Assembly (NCBI GenBank): GCA_028282585.1 | Contig: JANQHR010000055.1 | Span: 1 to 44,465 of the forward strand | From: Bacteroidales bacterium | Lineage (GTDB): Bacteria > Bacteroidota > Bacteroidia > Bacteroidales > UBA12077 | Length of the DNA: 44,465 nt | Direction: 5' to 3' | Part shown: in pieces, positions 19,225 through 28,478 of the stretch | Position numbering within the stretch: the first letter of the stretch is position 1 | Layout: each line of letters starts with the position of its first letter | Notes under the pieces: model-generated | Database searches by the model: none | Seen by the model: only the letters and a program-made list of their open reading frames with translations | What the model was told of the DNA's origin: nothing | Made by a program: the position numbers and the translations under genes

Positions 19225-19231
19225 TTTTCAT

Positions 19232-19239
19232 TACTTTTG
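19232..19239 (+). promoter_or_regulatory. -7 box for ricT-gldH-trmB-atl
   Basis: TACTTTTG matches TAnnTTTG. Confidence 0.6.
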
Positions 19240-19308
19240 CATACCAATATCGTTACATTTTAACGATATTTATAGGAGAAAGATTTTGTAGCGAATAAGA
19301 TTGAAGTT

Positions 19309-20469
19309 ATGGATAGTATTGAAAAAGAAAAATCAGGGAATAAACCCGAAACAAATATATCTTCTTGTAATGGTTGTTTAAGATCGGAAAAATGCAGTAA
19401 ACTGGATACGTTCGATTGGTTAAATGATGTTCCAGGTTCCACACAAAATTTCGATATAGTCGAAGTTAGATTTAAAAATACAAGAAAAGATTTTTACTTA
19501 AATGCAAATTCATTGCGTTTAAACAAGGGCGATATTGTCGCCGTTGAGGCTTCTCCAGGTCATGATATCGGTATAGTTTCTCTTACAGGGGAAATAGTGC
19601 ATTTTCAAATGAAAAAGCATGGAATTAATTCAACTGAACAGGAATTTAAGAAAGTATATCGAAAAGCAAAACCTGCCGATTTGGATAAATGGCATGAAGC
19701 TACTTCATTGGAAGATCAGACAATGCTTAAAACAAGAATTATTGCATCTGATTTAAATCTTGATATGAAAATTGGCGATGTTGAATATCAGGGAGATAAA
19801 ACTAAAGCAATATTTTATTATATAGCGGATGAACGAGTTGATTTCCGTGAGTTGATTAAAATTTTAGCTGAAAAATTCAAGATTAGAATTGAAATGCGTC
19901 AAATTGGCGCAAGGCAGGAGGCTGGAAGAATTGGAGGAATTGGTTCATGCGGACGAGAGCTTTGCTGTTCAACATGGATAACAAATTTCGTTTCTGTAAC
20001 AACTAATGCTGCCAGGTATCAGGAAATATCTCTAAATCCTCAAAAACTAGCAGGTCAATGTGGGAAGTTAAAATGTTGCTTAAATTATGAATTGGATTGT
20101 TACATCGATGCACAAAAAGATTTTCCTTCGAAGGATATTATTTTAGAAACAAAAAGTGGACAGGCTCATCATACAAAAACAGATATTTTCCGTGGGATTA
20201 TGTGGTATACATTTGATCCGATTAATATGGTGAATTTTGTTCCAGTTCCGGTGGAAAGGGTTCGAAAAATTATCGAATTAAATAAAAAAGGGAAAAAAGT
20301 TGATGTTTTAATTGATACTTCGATTACAAAAGTTGAAGGACCTCTGGAGTTTAAGAACGAAGTAGGGCAAGAGAGTCTAACTCGCTTTGAGGAGAGTAAG
20401 CCTAAAAGAAAAAAGAAAAAAAATCTAAAACGTAAAAAAACAAGAAATGACAAGAAACCTAATACATAG
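19309..20469 (+). CDS. ricT: PSP1 domain / RicT (YaaT) family Fe-S protein
   Basis: RVDFRELIK, RIEMRQIGARQEA, GSCGRELCC, LAGQCGKLKCCLNYE. Lies downstream of holB, as is common for this family. Confidence 0.9.
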   Translation: MDSIEKEKSGNKPETNISSCNGCLRSEKCSKLDTFDWLNDVPGSTQNFDIVEVRFKNTRKDFYLNANSLRLNKGDIVAVEASPGHDIGIVSLTGEIVHFQMKKHGINSTEQEFKKVYRKAKPADLDKWHEATSLEDQTMLKTRIIASDLNLDMKIGDVEYQGDKTKAIFYYIADERVDFRELIKILAEKFKIRIEMRQIGARQEAGRIGGIGSCGRELCCSTWITNFVSVTTNAARYQEISLNPQKLAGQCGKLKCCLNYELDCYIDAQKDFPSKDIILETKSGQAHHTKTDIFRGIMWYTFDPINMVNFVPVPVERVRKIIELNKKGKKVDVLIDTSITKVEGPLEFKNEVGQESLTRFEESKPKRKKKKNLKRKKTRNDKKPNT

Positions 20470-20929
20470 AAATCTTTTCATTTTATTTATATTGCTTTTA
20501 TCTACTGCCTGCGATCCCAACCGGGTTTATGAAAGTAATGTTGAAATTAACGAATACTCCTGGCACAAAGATTCTGTTATTAAATTTGAAGTAGATATTC
20601 AGGATACCATAAATCCGCATAACATTTATCTTAATGTTCGAAATACATCACGTTACAAAATGCAAAACCTATTTCTTTTTATAAATACTACAGCACCTTC
20701 CGGTTTTGCACTTCGTGATACTTTTGAATGTTATCTAGCCGATGAAAGAGGTAGATGGACAGGTAGTGGATGGGGAGATATATATGATAATCAATTTATT
20801 TATAAAAAGAATGTTCGATTTCCTGTTTCGGGAGTTTATACATTTGAGTATATCCAGGCTATGCGAACCGATAAATTAGAATATATTTCTGATATAGGAC
20901 TTAGAATAGAGAAAGTTGAAATTCAATAA
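20447..20929 (+). CDS. gldH: Gliding motility lipoprotein GldH
   Basis: Lipobox LSTAC, NLFLF, DTFECYLADERGRWTGSG, QAMR, DIGLRIE. Confidence 0.88.
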   Translation: MTRNLIHRNLFILFILLLSTACDPNRVYESNVEINEYSWHKDSVIKFEVDIQDTINPHNIYLNVRNTSRYKMQNLFLFINTTAPSGFALRDTFECYLADERGRWTGSGWGDIYDNQFIYKKNVRFPVSGVYTFEYIQAMRTDKLEYISDIGLRIEKVEIQ

Positions 20930-20949
20930 GTTTATATAATCAACTAAAA

Positions 20950-21645
20950 GTGGGAAAGAAAAAATTGCAAAGGTTTGCCGAAATGGAAACCTTTAATCAT
21001 GTTATACAGCCATCATTTGATGAGGTGTTTAAAAAGGATTACCAACTAAAAGGAAAGTGGTGTAAAGATTTTTTTAAAAATGAAAATCCTCTTATATTGG
21101 AGTTGGGTTGTGGTAAAGGAGAATATACCGTCGGTTTAGCAAAACAAAATCAGGAAATTAATTTTATCGGGATTGATATTAAAGGAGCGCGAATGTGGAG
21201 AGGTGCTAAAACAGCTGATACAGATGAAATACAAAATGTTGGATTTTTGCGAACTCGAGTTGATTTAATTAATTCGTTTTTTGCCGATGAGGAAGTTTCT
21301 GAAATATGGATAACTTTTCCTGATCCTCAACCTAAAAAATATTATAAGCGGCTTACTTCAACCCGGTTTTTGGGATATTATCAAAAATTAATAGCAAATG
21401 ATGGATATGTAAATCTTAAAACTGATAATGTTGATTTATACGCATATACAAAAGAACTTGCGGAGTTAAATGATCTTAAGATAGCAATATTTACAGATGA
21501 TTTATATAGCTCAGGTTTAGTAGATGATATTTTATCGATAAAAACTTTTTATGAACAACAGTTTCTAGATCAAGGAAAACCAATTCATTATATAAAATTC
21601 AAACTTGAAAAAAACTTTAATCTTGAAGAACCAGAAGAGAAATAG
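20950..21645 (+). CDS. trmB: tRNA (guanine-N7)-methyltransferase
   Basis: LELGCGKGEY, GIDIKGAR, ITFPDPQ, LKTD, TFYEQQF. GTG start. Confidence 0.94.
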   Translation: MGKKKLQRFAEMETFNHVIQPSFDEVFKKDYQLKGKWCKDFFKNENPLILELGCGKGEYTVGLAKQNQEINFIGIDIKGARMWRGAKTADTDEIQNVGFLRTRVDLINSFFADEEVSEIWITFPDPQPKKYYKRLTSTRFLGYYQKLIANDGYVNLKTDNVDLYAYTKELAELNDLKIAIFTDDLYSSGLVDDILSIKTFYEQQFLDQGKPIHYIKFKLEKNFNLEEPEEK

Positions 21646-21967
21646 TAGTTTTTTTAATCAGGTTTATGAGGTTGCAAAACTAATTCCCTTTGGTCGTGTA
21701 ACCAGTTATGGAGCAATTGCTAAGTATTTGGGAACTGCACAATCGGCAAGAGTAGTTGGTTGGGCTATGAATGACGCGCATATTTCCAAAGAATTTATAC
21801 CGGCGCATCGTGTTGTAAACAGAAATGGAGTTTTAACGGGTAAACATCATTTTGGAAATTCAAATACAATGAAACAACTCTTGGAAAATGAGGGTATTAT
21901 AGTTGAAGATGATCAAATCGTAGATTTTGAAAAGCACTTCTGGGATCCATCTAAAGAATTGCTATAA
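21605..21967 (+). CDS. Alkyltransferase-like (ATL/MGMT-family) DNA-binding protein; start uncertain (TTG at 21605 or later)
   Basis: IPFGRVTSYGAIA, ARVVGWAM, PAHRVVN. The catalytic Cys of PCHR is replaced by Ala. Confidence 0.88.
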   Translation: MKKTLILKNQKRNSSFFNQVYEVAKLIPFGRVTSYGAIAKYLGTAQSARVVGWAMNDAHISKEFIPAHRVVNRNGVLTGKHHFGNSNTMKQLLENEGIIVEDDQIVDFEKHFWDPSKELL

Positions 21968-22029
21968 ATAATAACGTGGTTTATATCTTATAACATTTAA
22001 AACTTTCAAATCAACTAAATATAAATTAT

Positions 22030-22037
22030 TATCTTTG
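22030..22037 (+). promoter_or_regulatory. -7 box for mrp-nifU
   Basis: TATCTTTG, about 40 nt upstream of the ATG. Confidence 0.72.
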
Positions 22038-22076
22038 TCACGTTAATTTAAATTAAATAAAAATAAGAATAAAGAA

Positions 22077-23192
22077 ATGTCTTATTCCAATAAACAAATA
22101 TTAGATGCTCTTAGAAATGTAAAACATCCTGAAACCGGGCAGGATATTGTTTCGATGGGAATGGTTGATGATATTTGGATTGAAGGAAATAAAGCAGGAT
22201 TTACTTTAAGTTTTAAAAAACCTACTGATCCATTTATAAATTCAATGCAAAAAGTTTGTATTCAGGTATTAGAGCAGCAGTTGGGAAAAGATTTTAACTT
22301 CAATGGTAATATTAAAGTTAAAACTCCCGAATTAAAGCCTAAAGAACAGAACCAAAACGCAGAATCTTTAAAAGGTGTAAAAAATATCGTTGCTATAGCT
22401 TCTGGTAAAGGTGGAGTGGGAAAATCCACTATAGCGACTAACCTGGCTATCTCATTAGCAAAAACCGGAGCAAAAGTTGGATTAATTGATGCAGATATCT
22501 ACGGACCATCTATACCAAAAATGTTTAATGTGGAAGGTCAGCGTCCATTAGTTAGAAAAGTAGGAGAAATTGATATGATTACCCCTGTTGAAAACTATGG
22601 AGTAAAGATCTTATCTATAGGGTTTTTTATAAATCCGGAAGATGCTCTGGTTTGGCGAGGTGCTATGGCAACAAGTGCACTGAAACAATTAATTCATCAA
22701 GCAGAATGGGGTGAACTTGATTATTTAGTAATTGATTTACCACCAGGCACAAGTGACATTCATTTAACCTTGGTACAGGAAACCTCAGTTACAGGAGCAG
22801 TTATTGTAAGTACACCACAAGAAGTGGCACTGGCAGACGCAATAAAAGGTATAAAAATGTTTACAGGCAAAGACATTAAGGTTCCTGTTCTGGGATTAAT
22901 TGAGAATATGTCTTGGTTTACGCCTGAAGAATTGCCAGAAAATAAATATCATATTTTTGGCAAGGACGGATGTAAAAACCTTGCAGAAAAAGAAAATATT
23001 CCTTTACTTGGTCAGATTCCTATTGTGCAAAGTATTAGAGAAGGAGGCGATTACGGCAACCCTGCATCATTAAATGAAGGATCAATTGTAGGGAAAGCAT
23101 TTAAGGAATTATCAAAAGCCGTTATTAAAGCGGTTGAACAGAGAAATATAAAACTTGAACCAACAAAAAGAGTAGAAATTAAGACAAGATAA
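22077..23192 (+). CDS. mrp: Mrp/ApbC/NBP35 iron-sulfur carrier ATPase
   Basis: N-terminal DUF59-like domain, SGKGGVGKST, DADIYGPS, DLPPGTSD, ENMS. Confidence 0.94.
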   Translation: MSYSNKQILDALRNVKHPETGQDIVSMGMVDDIWIEGNKAGFTLSFKKPTDPFINSMQKVCIQVLEQQLGKDFNFNGNIKVKTPELKPKEQNQNAESLKGVKNIVAIASGKGGVGKSTIATNLAISLAKTGAKVGLIDADIYGPSIPKMFNVEGQRPLVRKVGEIDMITPVENYGVKILSIGFFINPEDALVWRGAMATSALKQLIHQAEWGELDYLVIDLPPGTSDIHLTLVQETSVTGAVIVSTPQEVALADAIKGIKMFTGKDIKVPVLGLIENMSWFTPEELPENKYHIFGKDGCKNLAEKENIPLLGQIPIVQSIREGGDYGNPASLNEGSIVGKAFKELSKAVIKAVEQRNIKLEPTKRVEIKTR

Positions 23193-23209
23193 ATTTAAAT
23201 ATTAATAAA

Positions 23210-23455
23210 ATGGACGAAACTAAGAGACAAGACCTTGAAAAAAGAGTTAATGAAACAATTGATATGGTAAGACCATATTTAGTTGCAGACGGTGGTGATA
23301 TTAAATTTGTAGAACTTACAGATGATATGGTTGTTAAAGTGCAGTTGCTTGGAGCATGCGGAGCATGCCCTTATAGCGTTCAAACATTAAAAAATGGTGT
23401 TGAGCAAGCTGTTAAAAAGCAAATACCCGAAATTAAAGAAGTTGTTTCTGCTTAA
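23210..23455 (+). CDS. NifU/Nfu-type Fe-S scaffold domain protein
   Basis: VRPYLVADGGDI, GACGACPYS, TLKNGVE. Confidence 0.92.
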   Translation: MDETKRQDLEKRVNETIDMVRPYLVADGGDIKFVELTDDMVVKVQLLGACGACPYSVQTLKNGVEQAVKKQIPEIKEVVSA

Positions 23456-23477
23456 ATTATTCGATCAAAAAAGTTAG

Positions 23478-23512
23478 AAAATGGATGTTGATATCAACAT
23501 CCATTTTTGTTT
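23478..23512 (+). terminator. Intrinsic terminator after nifU
   Basis: Perfect 30-bp palindrome aaaatggatgttgat/atcaacatccatttt (23478-23507) followed by a T-rich tail. Confidence 0.85.
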
Positions 23513-23639
23513 ATGTCATTTTCAATTTATTTACTAGTTTTATAGATTCTTTTCTTAAAAAATATTTTTGATTTTATATAATATTTTAAAGATTTTAAGG
23601 TTAAAATTAATTGAGTTACAATAGTTAAAAAATCAACGG

Positions 23640-26336
23640 GTGTATAAAGCTTTAAAGATTTCCGGATTTATTATTTTTACTATCTTATTGTTTTCTGGAT
23701 GTTCTACTAAAAAGAATACTGGCGTTACAAGATTTTACCATAGTTTAACTACTAAATATAATATTCTGTTTAATGGTTCTGAAAGTTATAAAGCTGGCTT
23801 ATATAAGTATAATCAAGCTTATGTAGATGATTATTCACAAGTTTTACCAGTTTTTACATATGGAGATGAACAAATTGCTGCGACAATAAAGCCAGAAATG
23901 GATAGGGCTATTGAGAAATCAACAAAATCAATCAAACTACACTCGATAACAAAAAAGCCAGACAAAAAAGGTAATATGTCTGATAAAGACAAAGCTTTTT
24001 ACAGTAAAAATGAATATAATATTTTCATTGATGATTCTTACTTGTTAATGGGGAAGGCCTTTTTCCATCAGGCTGATTATTCAAGTGCTATTCGTATTTT
24101 CGAGTTTATAATTAAGCAATATGATGAGGAAGAAACAAAATATATGGCTTATAATTGGTTGGTAAGATCAAATGTTGAAATCAAGGATTTGCGCGAAGCA
24201 CAAGAATTAATAGATATTTTAACAACTGATATTGATTATCCGGAAAAGTTATATTACCAACTCAACTTAACAATTGCAGATTTTTATCTAAAACAGCAAA
24301 AATATGCAGAAGCTGAACCTTATGTTGAAGAAGCATTGTTGCAGGTAAAAAGAAAAAAAGATAAAATAAGATTAACATTTATTCAGGCGCAGTTAAAAGA
24401 ACAAATGGACGATCATCAAGAGGCATCAGAATTGTATGAAGCTGTGATCAAGATGAATCCAACTTATGAAATGGCATTTAATGCAAAAATTAAAAGAGCG
24501 ACTTTGCATTCCGGCGGATCATCAAAATCAATTAAGGCTGAGTTATTGGATATGCTGAAAGATGATAAAAATATAGAATATCAAGACCAGATTTATTTTG
24601 CGCTTGGTGAACTTGAGATGAAAAGCAATAATGTAAATCAAGCTATTGAATATTATCAATTATCTACGGCTAAAACTATCATAACTACCAATCAAACCGG
24701 ATTAACATATTTAGCACTTGCAAATATATTTTTTGATAGAACTGAATATCTTGAATCGCAGGCATATTTTGATAGTGCAGTAATTTCATTAGACCCTGAA
24801 TTTCCTGGTTATATGGAACTTTCAAGAAAGAACCAATATTTATCGAAGCTGGTAAAGAATTTAAGAGAGGTTGATTTTCAAGATAGTGTGCAGATGGTAG
24901 CTAAAATGAATGAAGTAGATAGAAATCAGTTTATTCAAAAAATAATTCAGGATTTAGGAAGAAAGGAAGCGGAAGAAGCTCAAAGGCAAAGACAGAGAGA
25001 ACTAGCCGAATTAAATCAACTAGGAGGTTCAAGTACTCGCCCCATATTATCTCAAAACCAAAGCGGTAAATGGTACTTTTATAATCCATCTGCAAAAAGT
25101 TTTGGTCAACCAGAGTTCAGGCGACGCTGGGGTAAAAGAAAACTTGAAGATAATTGGAGAAGAAGAAATAAGCAGATAGCTGGTTTCGAGCAAATTACCG
25201 AGGACGAATTTACCGATGAAGTTATTGATAATAAGGTTGGATTAGATAAAAAATCACCTGAGTATTATTTGGTTGATCTTCCTTTAACTGATTCAGCTAT
25301 GGAAGCATCTCACTTAAAAATACAAATTGCGCTATTCAACGCCGGAGAGGTATATAGGAATGATCTGAAAGATTATCCAATGGCCATAAATTCATATAAG
25401 GAACTTATTAAAAGATACCCGGAAAGTGAGTATAAAATATCTGCCTACTACAGATTGTATAAAGTTTATTTAGTTCAAAATAATTTGTCGCAAGCAGATG
25501 TTTATAAAAATATGATTATTCGTAATTACCCTGATTCAAAATATGCTAAGGTATTAGTTGATCCTAACTTTTTTAAACAGTTTGAAGCAGAAGAGAACGA
25601 GAAGAAAGAATACTATACAAATACTTTGGTGTTATACAGACAGAAAAGGTATTCTGAAGTTATTAGCAGATGTAATTTGGGGCTAAATAAATATCCGGAA
25701 ACTGATTATGTGCCTAAGTATAGGTATTTAAGAGCTCTTGCAATGGGTGAGCTTTATGGAGTTACTGTTTTAAAGGCTGAACTTGAAAAAGTAGTCGGAG
25801 AATTTAAGAATGATCCTGTATCAAAATCATCTGAAGATTTATTAGCATTTATTAAGGAGAATGAGTTAAAAAGTTTGAAAGATATCGAGATTGTTCAAAA
25901 AGATTCTGCAAAAGCAGAGAAGATTGGTGATGTAATTGCTCAGAAAACAATTGAAGAGATTGAGAAAATTTATCAATATAATCCGGAATCAAGACATTAC
26001 TTAGCGATAATTGTATCAAAGCAAGCAGATCTTAATCAATTGAAATTCAATGTTATTAATTTTAATTTGGATTTTTATATTCAAAAGAGTTACGATATTG
26101 AAAATAAGGAGTTCAATGAGTTCTTTACGGTATTAAGCATTAAAGATTTTAAAAACTCCGAAGAGGGGAAAGAATATTATAATAAATTCAAAGCAGAAGA
26201 AGAACGTATATTTACTGATGTAAAAACTGAGGAATACCAGTTTTTTATAATTTCAGAATCTAATTTTAGAAATCTAACCGAAGAAAAAACGGTTCGGGAC
26301 TATCTTTTATTTTATAACAGTAACTATCAGGAATAA
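23640..26336 (+). CDS. porW: T9SS TPR lipoprotein PorW/SprE
   Basis: Lipobox FSGC followed by STKKNT..RFYHSLTTKYNILFNG. TPR repeats. WYFYN...FRRRWGKRKLEDNWRR signature. GTG start. Confidence 0.88.
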   Translation: MYKALKISGFIIFTILLFSGCSTKKNTGVTRFYHSLTTKYNILFNGSESYKAGLYKYNQAYVDDYSQVLPVFTYGDEQIAATIKPEMDRAIEKSTKSIKLHSITKKPDKKGNMSDKDKAFYSKNEYNIFIDDSYLLMGKAFFHQADYSSAIRIFEFIIKQYDEEETKYMAYNWLVRSNVEIKDLREAQELIDILTTDIDYPEKLYYQLNLTIADFYLKQQKYAEAEPYVEEALLQVKRKKDKIRLTFIQAQLKEQMDDHQEASELYEAVIKMNPTYEMAFNAKIKRATLHSGGSSKSIKAELLDMLKDDKNIEYQDQIYFALGELEMKSNNVNQAIEYYQLSTAKTIITTNQTGLTYLALANIFFDRTEYLESQAYFDSAVISLDPEFPGYMELSRKNQYLSKLVKNLREVDFQDSVQMVAKMNEVDRNQFIQKIIQDLGRKEAEEAQRQRQRELAELNQLGGSSTRPILSQNQSGKWYFYNPSAKSFGQPEFRRRWGKRKLEDNWRRRNKQIAGFEQITEDEFTDEVIDNKVGLDKKSPEYYLVDLPLTDSAMEASHLKIQIALFNAGEVYRNDLKDYPMAINSYKELIKRYPESEYKISAYYRLYKVYLVQNNLSQADVYKNMIIRNYPDSKYAKVLVDPNFFKQFEAEENEKKEYYTNTLVLYRQKRYSEVISRCNLGLNKYPETDYVPKYRYLRALAMGELYGVTVLKAELEKVVGEFKNDPVSKSSEDLLAFIKENELKSLKDIEIVQKDSAKAEKIGDVIAQKTIEEIEKIYQYNPESRHYLAIIVSKQADLNQLKFNVINFNLDFYIQKSYDIENKEFNEFFTVLSIKDFKNSEEGKEYYNKFKAEEERIFTDVKTEEYQFFIISESNFRNLTEEKTVRDYLLFYNSNYQE

Positions 26337-26380
26337 TTATTGTAGCGACAATAATTGTTAAACTTTAATTGGTATAATAT

Positions 26381-27934
26381 ATGAGAAAAGTAAGCATATT
26401 ATGGACTGATGATGAAATTGATTTGCTAAGACCACACATCTTATTCCTTGAAGAAAAAGGATTTAAACTTTCTACAGCAAGTAATGGCGATGATGCCATC
26501 GAAATGGTTAAAAAGAATGATTATGACCTGGTTTTTCTTGATGAGAATATGCCTGGTTTAAGTGGATTACAAACATTGACATACATAAAAGAAATTAAAC
26601 CGGATATTCCTGTAATAATGATAACCAAAAGCGAAGAAGAGAATATCATGGATGAAGCGATTGGTTCAAAAATAGCAGATTATTTAATTAAACCTGTAAA
26701 TCCCAAACAAATATTATTAAGTATTAAAAAGAATTTTGATACCAAAAGATTAGTTTCTGAAAAGACATTATCAGATTATCAATCTCAATTTGGACAAATT
26801 GGATTAAAGATCTCTGATGCCAGTTCATTTAGTGAATGGGTAGAGTTATATAAAAAATTAGTTTACTGGGAATTGGAACTTGAGCAAAATGAGGAAACAG
26901 GAATGAATGAGGTTTTTCAGATGCAAAAATCAGATGCTAATAAAGATTTTGCAAAATTCATTAAGAAAAATTATCAGTCCTGGTTTGACGGTACAAATGA
27001 AAAGCCTTTACTATCACCAAATCTTTTTAAAGAGCGAATATTCCCAATGGTTGATAAAGGTGAAAAGGTTTTTGTTTTATTAATTGATAATTTTCGTTAT
27101 GATCAGTGGAAGTTAATCCAACCATTGATTAGTGAGTACTTTACTGTGGAGAATGAAGAACTATATTGCAGTATTTTACCAACAGCTACTCAATATTCCC
27201 GTAATGCTATATTTGCAGGCTTAATGCCTTTTGAGATAAATAAGTTACATCCTGAATATTGGCTGCATGACGAAGACGAGGGAGGGAAGAATATGAAGGA
27301 AGAAGAACTTTTCCAAACACAGTTAAATCGTTTTGGTAAGAAGTATAAATATTTTTATGAAAAAATCAGTCAGTTAAAAATCGGAGAAAAGTTGGTTGAG
27401 AATATCAAAGATCTTTTGAATAATCAATTAAATATATTAGTTTATAATTATATAGATATGCTCTCGCATGCAAGGACAGAAATTGAAATGATTCGGGAAC
27501 TTGCAAATGATGAACCAGCTTATCGGTCAGTAACCCTTTCGTGGTTTAAACATTCTCCTCTTTTTGCTTTAATTAAAGAATTGCAGCAACATCGTGTTAA
27601 AATTATTATAACAACCGATCACGGAACCATTCGCGTTAAGAATCCGGTAAAAGTTGTCGGTGATAAGAATACTTCTACAAATCTACGCTATAAGAATGGC
27701 CGAAACCTAAATTATAACCCTAAGGAAGTATTTGAGATTCGGGAGCCAGAGAAAGTGCATTTGCCAAAATCAAATATTAGTACTAGTTATATTTTCGCTA
27801 TAAACGATGATTTTTTGGCCTATCCAAATAATTTCAATTATTATGTTAGTTATTATAGAGATACTTTTCAACATGGTGGAGTTTCACTCGAAGAAATGAT
27901 CATTCCTTTTATAAAATTAAAACCTAATAAATAA
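26381..27934 (+). CDS. porX: T9SS response regulator PorX (receiver + PglZ domain)
   Basis: ILWTDDE, FLDENMPG, ITKSEEE, IDNFRYDQW, LPTATQYSRN, TTDHG, FQHGGVSLEEM. Followed by tsaE. Confidence 0.95.
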   Translation: MRKVSILWTDDEIDLLRPHILFLEEKGFKLSTASNGDDAIEMVKKNDYDLVFLDENMPGLSGLQTLTYIKEIKPDIPVIMITKSEEENIMDEAIGSKIADYLIKPVNPKQILLSIKKNFDTKRLVSEKTLSDYQSQFGQIGLKISDASSFSEWVELYKKLVYWELELEQNEETGMNEVFQMQKSDANKDFAKFIKKNYQSWFDGTNEKPLLSPNLFKERIFPMVDKGEKVFVLLIDNFRYDQWKLIQPLISEYFTVENEELYCSILPTATQYSRNAIFAGLMPFEINKLHPEYWLHDEDEGGKNMKEEELFQTQLNRFGKKYKYFYEKISQLKIGEKLVENIKDLLNNQLNILVYNYIDMLSHARTEIEMIRELANDEPAYRSVTLSWFKHSPLFALIKELQQHRVKIIITTDHGTIRVKNPVKVVGDKNTSTNLRYKNGRNLNYNPKEVFEIREPEKVHLPKSNISTSYIFAINDDFLAYPNNFNYYVSYYRDTFQHGGVSLEEMIIPFIKLKPNK

Positions 27935-27954
27935 AAAATCGTTAAATTGCATAT

Positions 27955-28371
27955 ATGGAATCATTGGTTTTAAAGTCATTATCGGATTTGAATATCATAG
28001 CAGAGAAATTTCTGAGGTTAATGAAAGACCGGAAAATTTTTGCTTTTTTTGGTCCAATGGGCGTTGGTAAAACAACTTTTATAAAAGCATTATGCAATGA
28101 ATTAGGTGTGGTTGAAATAGTTACAAGTCCAACTTTTGCTTTAGTGAATCAATACCAAACAAATAATGGCGATGAAATATATCATTTTGATTTTTACCGA
28201 ATAGAAAAAATTGAAGAAGTTTACGATTTTGGATATGAAGATTATTTCTTTTCTGGTAATTACTGTTTTATTGAATGGCCGGATAAAATTGCAGAAATAC
28301 TTCCCGAAAATGTAGTTTTTGTGCAGATGGTTGAAAATGAAGATGGCTCAAGAACTATAAACATTCGTTAA
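27955..28371 (+). CDS. tsaE: tRNA threonylcarbamoyladenosine biosynthesis ATPase TsaE
   Basis: GPMGVGKTT, VTSPTF, HFDFYR, IEWP. Confidence 0.95.
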   Translation: MESLVLKSLSDLNIIAEKFLRLMKDRKIFAFFGPMGVGKTTFIKALCNELGVVEIVTSPTFALVNQYQTNNGDEIYHFDFYRIEKIEEVYDFGYEDYFFSGNYCFIEWPDKIAEILPENVVFVQMVENEDGSRTINIR

Positions 28372-28478
28372 ATTTTAAGTAGCGTCAAAAAGAACGTTTA
28401 AAAATACTTGAAAATACCAACTATTTGTTTTATTTTGGGAGTTCTCTTTTTGTTATTATTCCCAAACCATAGTAAATT

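Noticed and set aside
23351-23368. Tandem ggagcatgc x2 in nifU
   Set aside because: It simply encodes the conserved GACGAC (CxxC) motif.
26381-27934. PglZ domain as part of a BREX defence system
   Set aside because: The receiver-PglZ fusion next to tsaE and porW is the T9SS regulator PorX. No brx genes are present.
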